Virus record (IMG/VR): IMGVR_UViG_3300032770_000020
Coordinates: 3,284 to 67,283 of that record
DNA length: 64,000 bases
DNA from: a virus
Strand: one strand, 5' to 3'
A program made the translations under genes and the position numbers. Every line of letters begins with the position of its first letter. Positions within the stretch are counted from its first letter, which is position 1. The notes under the pieces are model-generated. The model searched no databases. It was not told where the DNA came from and was given only the letters and a program-made list of their open reading frames with translations. This document shows positions 61,078 through 64,000 of this stretch, one piece after another.

Positions 61078-61742
61078 TCCCCTACTGGACCTACACGACC
61101 CTCGCCCAGGCCCTCCAGGACTGGCCGGTGCACAGCTCCTCCAAGTACCTGGCGAACCTGCCGAACATCATCGGCCTGGGGGAGCGCAGGCTCTGGGGCG
61201 ACCTCAACGTCGAGGAGTACGACGTCGACGACACCACCACGGTGCAGTCGGTCATCGGCACCCCGCAGATCGCCAAGCCGGCCGATTCGCTCCAGGTGCG
61301 AAACGCGGGGCTCATCATCGCTGGCGTCTACATCCCCCTCGAGCAGCGTTCGCTCGACTACTGCAAGCTCTTCGCAGCAGGCGTCGGCGCCAACGCCCAG
61401 CCGCAGTTCTGGGCCGAGCTCAACTACCTGCAGATATACGCCGCTCCGACCCCAGACCAGGCCTACCAGATGGCCTTCCACTACATGGGGACGCCGGCGG
61501 AATCGCTCATGCCCACCGCGCCGAACGCGACGACCTGGCTCTCGCGCGTGGGCCCCGATGCGCTGCTCGCCGCCTGCCTGGCGGAGGCCGAGCACTACAT
61601 CAAGGCGGACGACCGCTACCAGGACATGGTCAACAAGTACACCCAGGAGCTCCTGCCGCGGCTGCGCGCGGAGGTCCGGCGGTCCATCCGCGCTGGCGAC
61701 CCGGGCCCGCTGCGCGCCGCACCTGCGCCCGCGGAGGGATAG
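61074..61742 (+). CDS. Tail/adaptor structural protein
   Basis: TY.TL.....W, I.L.E.RL..DL, APTPD..Y, TTWLS...PD.LL.ACL.EA. Confidence 0.75.
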   Translation: MIPYWTYTTLAQALQDWPVHSSSKYLANLPNIIGLGERRLWGDLNVEEYDVDDTTTVQSVIGTPQIAKPADSLQVRNAGLIIAGVYIPLEQRSLDYCKLFAAGVGANAQPQFWAELNYLQIYAAPTPDQAYQMAFHYMGTPAESLMPTAPNATTWLSRVGPDALLAACLAEAEHYIKADDRYQDMVNKYTQELLPRLRAEVRRSIRAGDPGPLRAAPAPAEG

Positions 61743-61745
61743 CCC

Positions 61746-63356
61746 ATGCCGGCCGACTCATACAGCGCGCGACTCCGGCTCCGGCTCCAGGCCACCGGCG
61801 GGAACACGAACACCTGGGGGTCGCTGCTCAACACGGCGGACATCCAACTGCTCGAGGACTCGGTCTGCGGCATGGCCACGATCATCGTGGCGGCCGGGGA
61901 CGTCACGCTGTCGGCGAACAACGGCGCCACCGACCAAGCGCGCATGGCGATCCTCAACCTCACCGGCGTCCCCACCGGCCCGAAGAACATCAACGTCCCC
62001 GGGGTGAGCAAGAACTACACCGTCATCAACGCCACGGGGCAGGTGATGACCGTGCAGGTCTTCGGGGCTGGCGGCGCGACGGTAGCCATCCAGCCGGGCA
62101 CCGCGCAGCTCGTCTACTGCGACGGCACGAACGTGGCGACCCCATCGGCTTTGGCGGCCGGGACCGTGGCAGACTCGGCTGAGCTCGGGGGCATCCCCGC
62201 GGCGAGCTACGCGCGCCTCGATATCTCGAACCTCTTCCTGGCGGCAGGGGCCTGGCAGTTCAACAACCTGGTCGACGGCGCGACGATCACCGCCAACCTG
62301 ATGCTGTCGAACAACCACTACGTGCAGCTCGGGGGCAATCGCGCGCTGGTCCTCAACAATCCGGAGGACGGCCAGCGGCTCGAACTCTGGATTTCCCAGG
62401 ACGCCACCGGCGGCCGCACGCTCACGTGGCCCGCGAATGTGCGCTTCGAGGCGGGGAGCTCTGGGATGCTCTCAGGCACGGCCAACGCGCTGGACCGCTT
62501 CCAGCTCACCTACAACCTCGCCCAGAACGTCTACATCGCGAGGCAGGGCCTCCAGTCCGCCGGCGCCGGTACCGTCGGAATCGTCATCGACAGCAACGAG
62601 GTGGCGCTCGACCTCTACACGCGCGCGGGCTCCCCTGCGGGCGCCGTGGTGGTCAACGTCACGGTAAACGCCGGCGTCACGATCACTGCGCCGGACGTCG
62701 GCACGCCGGCGATCGACATGAGGGGGTTCGCAGCCGGCTCGACCATCAACCTGGTCAACCTCGGCTACATCCTCGGCAAGGGCGGCCGCGGCGGAGACGG
62801 CGGAGAGATAGGCCAGGGCGGCAGCACCGCGACCGACTACTCGGCGGGCAAGCCGGGCATCAACGGCGGCACGGCGCTCCTCGCGCCGGGCGTAGGCATC
62901 ACCGTCAACATCACCAACGCCAACGGCTACATCTGGGGCGGCGGCGGCGGTGGTGGTGGCGGCGGCGCTGCCATGGCTGGCGGTGGCGGCCAGTGCGGAA
63001 ACGGCGGCGGCGGTGGCGGCGGCGCTGGCGGCGGAGATGCGGGGCTCGGCGGGACCTCCTGCAACACCGTCGGGAACAATGGCGCGAATGGCACCCCGGG
63101 AAGCACCGGCAGGCTGGGGGCTCTCGGAGCGGGCGGCGCCGGCAAGGGGACCACCCAGACCGCTGGCACTGGCACCGGCGGGGCCGGTGGCGACTGGGGA
63201 TCCGGTGGCCAGGCGGGCGTCGCGGCGACGGGCGGCGGCAACGTCGTCCCCCCGGGCACCTCGACCTCTGGCGGCAAGGCCATCGACCTGAACGGCGGGG
63301 CGGTCAACCTCCTCTCCGGCGGCGGCGGCCCGAACATCAAGGGATTAATCGCGTGA
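61746..63356 (+). CDS. Tail fibre with polyglycine (gp38-adhesin-like) receptor-binding tip
   Basis: N-terminal L.LQATG.N..TWG anchor; C-terminal G.I.GKGG.GG, YIWGGGGGGGGG, GGKAI. Confidence 0.8.
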   Translation: MPADSYSARLRLRLQATGGNTNTWGSLLNTADIQLLEDSVCGMATIIVAAGDVTLSANNGATDQARMAILNLTGVPTGPKNINVPGVSKNYTVINATGQVMTVQVFGAGGATVAIQPGTAQLVYCDGTNVATPSALAAGTVADSAELGGIPAASYARLDISNLFLAAGAWQFNNLVDGATITANLMLSNNHYVQLGGNRALVLNNPEDGQRLELWISQDATGGRTLTWPANVRFEAGSSGMLSGTANALDRFQLTYNLAQNVYIARQGLQSAGAGTVGIVIDSNEVALDLYTRAGSPAGAVVVNVTVNAGVTITAPDVGTPAIDMRGFAAGSTINLVNLGYILGKGGRGGDGGEIGQGGSTATDYSAGKPGINGGTALLAPGVGITVNITNANGYIWGGGGGGGGGGAAMAGGGGQCGNGGGGGGGAGGGDAGLGGTSCNTVGNNGANGTPGSTGRLGALGAGGAGKGTTQTAGTGTGGAGGDWGSGGQAGVAATGGGNVVPPGTSTSGGKAIDLNGGAVNLLSGGGGPNIKGLIA

Positions 63357-63877
63357 AAATCAGAGAGTTGCAGAAGGGTCGGCGCAAGGAGACGCAGGAT
63401 CAGATCGACGCCAGTTTGGCGGATCGCACGCCGCAGGAGTGGGCATTCCTCGCCGGGTTCATCGACGGAGAGGGCTGTATCGCCGTCTACGAGAACAAGG
63501 GTCGGTCTGGCTACATGCAGGTCAGCTTCAGCATTCGGGCCGCGAACTGCGACCCGCGCATCATCGAGTGGCTGAAGGACCGCTTCGGCGGCGGCACCAC
63601 CAAGAGAGGCGGCGCGCGGGCTGGCAGTGGGCGCTGGCGTGAGGCTTACACGTGGTACGCGCTGAATCGCCGTGCGGCCACGATCATGCGAGCCATCAGG
63701 CCGTACACAGTGATCAAGGGCGAGCAGATCGACTTGGCGCTGAAGTTCAGAGAGACCTACGGGGCGGCACGCGACCCGGTCACCGGAAGGAACGGCTCAG
63801 TGCCAACGCACGTGCGCGCGGCCCGCGCAGTGCTGCTGGCGGACATTAAAGCCCTGAAACACCGAAGCTTCAACTGA
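63353..63877 (+). mobile_element. Single-motif LAGLIDADG homing endonuclease, free-standing
   Basis: WAFLAGFIDGEGCI, I..L...FGG, Y.W, IRPY.VIK.EQ; GTGA overlap. Confidence 0.88.
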
Positions 63878-63878
63878 C

Positions 63879-64000
63879 ATGGCAGGACCGCGACAAGCCA
63901 ACCCGATCGACCTCAACATGCAGCCCGGGCTCTTCATGCAGAGCACCGTGCGGCTCGCGCTCGGTCGCTACACGGACGGCGACAACGTGCGCTGGTACCG
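63879..64000 (+). CDS. Tail stabilisation/nozzle protein, N-terminus (truncated)
   Basis: MAGPRQANPIDLNMQPG....ST.....RYTDGDNVRW. Confidence 0.6.
   Translation, partial: MAGPRQANPIDLNMQPGLFMQSTVRLALGRYTDGDNVRWY

Noticed and set aside
1-64000. Frequent CTCGAG / GAGCTC hexamers
   Set aside because: Largely explained by preferred CTC and GAG codons (Leu-Glu, Glu-Leu); not quantified

Overview
High-GC dsDNA tailed-phage (podovirus-like, Caudoviricetes) sequence that appears to cover almost a whole circularly permuted genome, since it starts and ends inside the tail gene block. Gene order: tail/fibre genes; a GNAT, sulfotransferase-like and Asp/Asn-hydroxylase cassette; three probable ejection proteins, including a 2629-aa polyvalent protein (PPase-like, GGDEF, JAB, metallopeptidase domains); lysis cassette; leftward recombination operon (DnaQ-like exonuclease, RecT, YqaJ); divergent control region; rightward replication/nuclease operon; terS, terL, portal, GroES-like, scaffold, major capsid, head-tail and tail genes. 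Most notable: (1) genes nested in the +1 frame of other genes' linkers, including an intact-looking HNH homing endonuclease inside the giant protein; (2) four large Cys-paired fibre/spike-like proteins with Sec or Tat signal peptides; (3) a ~330-nt multi-helix non-coding element flanked by 10-bp-periodic GCAAC arrays, with no recognisable polymerase, primase, initiator or integrase in the window; (4) a tRNA-like pseudoknotted intergenic element; (5) a dam gene whose middle is replaced by a perfect 58-bp inverted copy of a downstream gene segment. All assignments come from reading motifs by eye. No searches were run.
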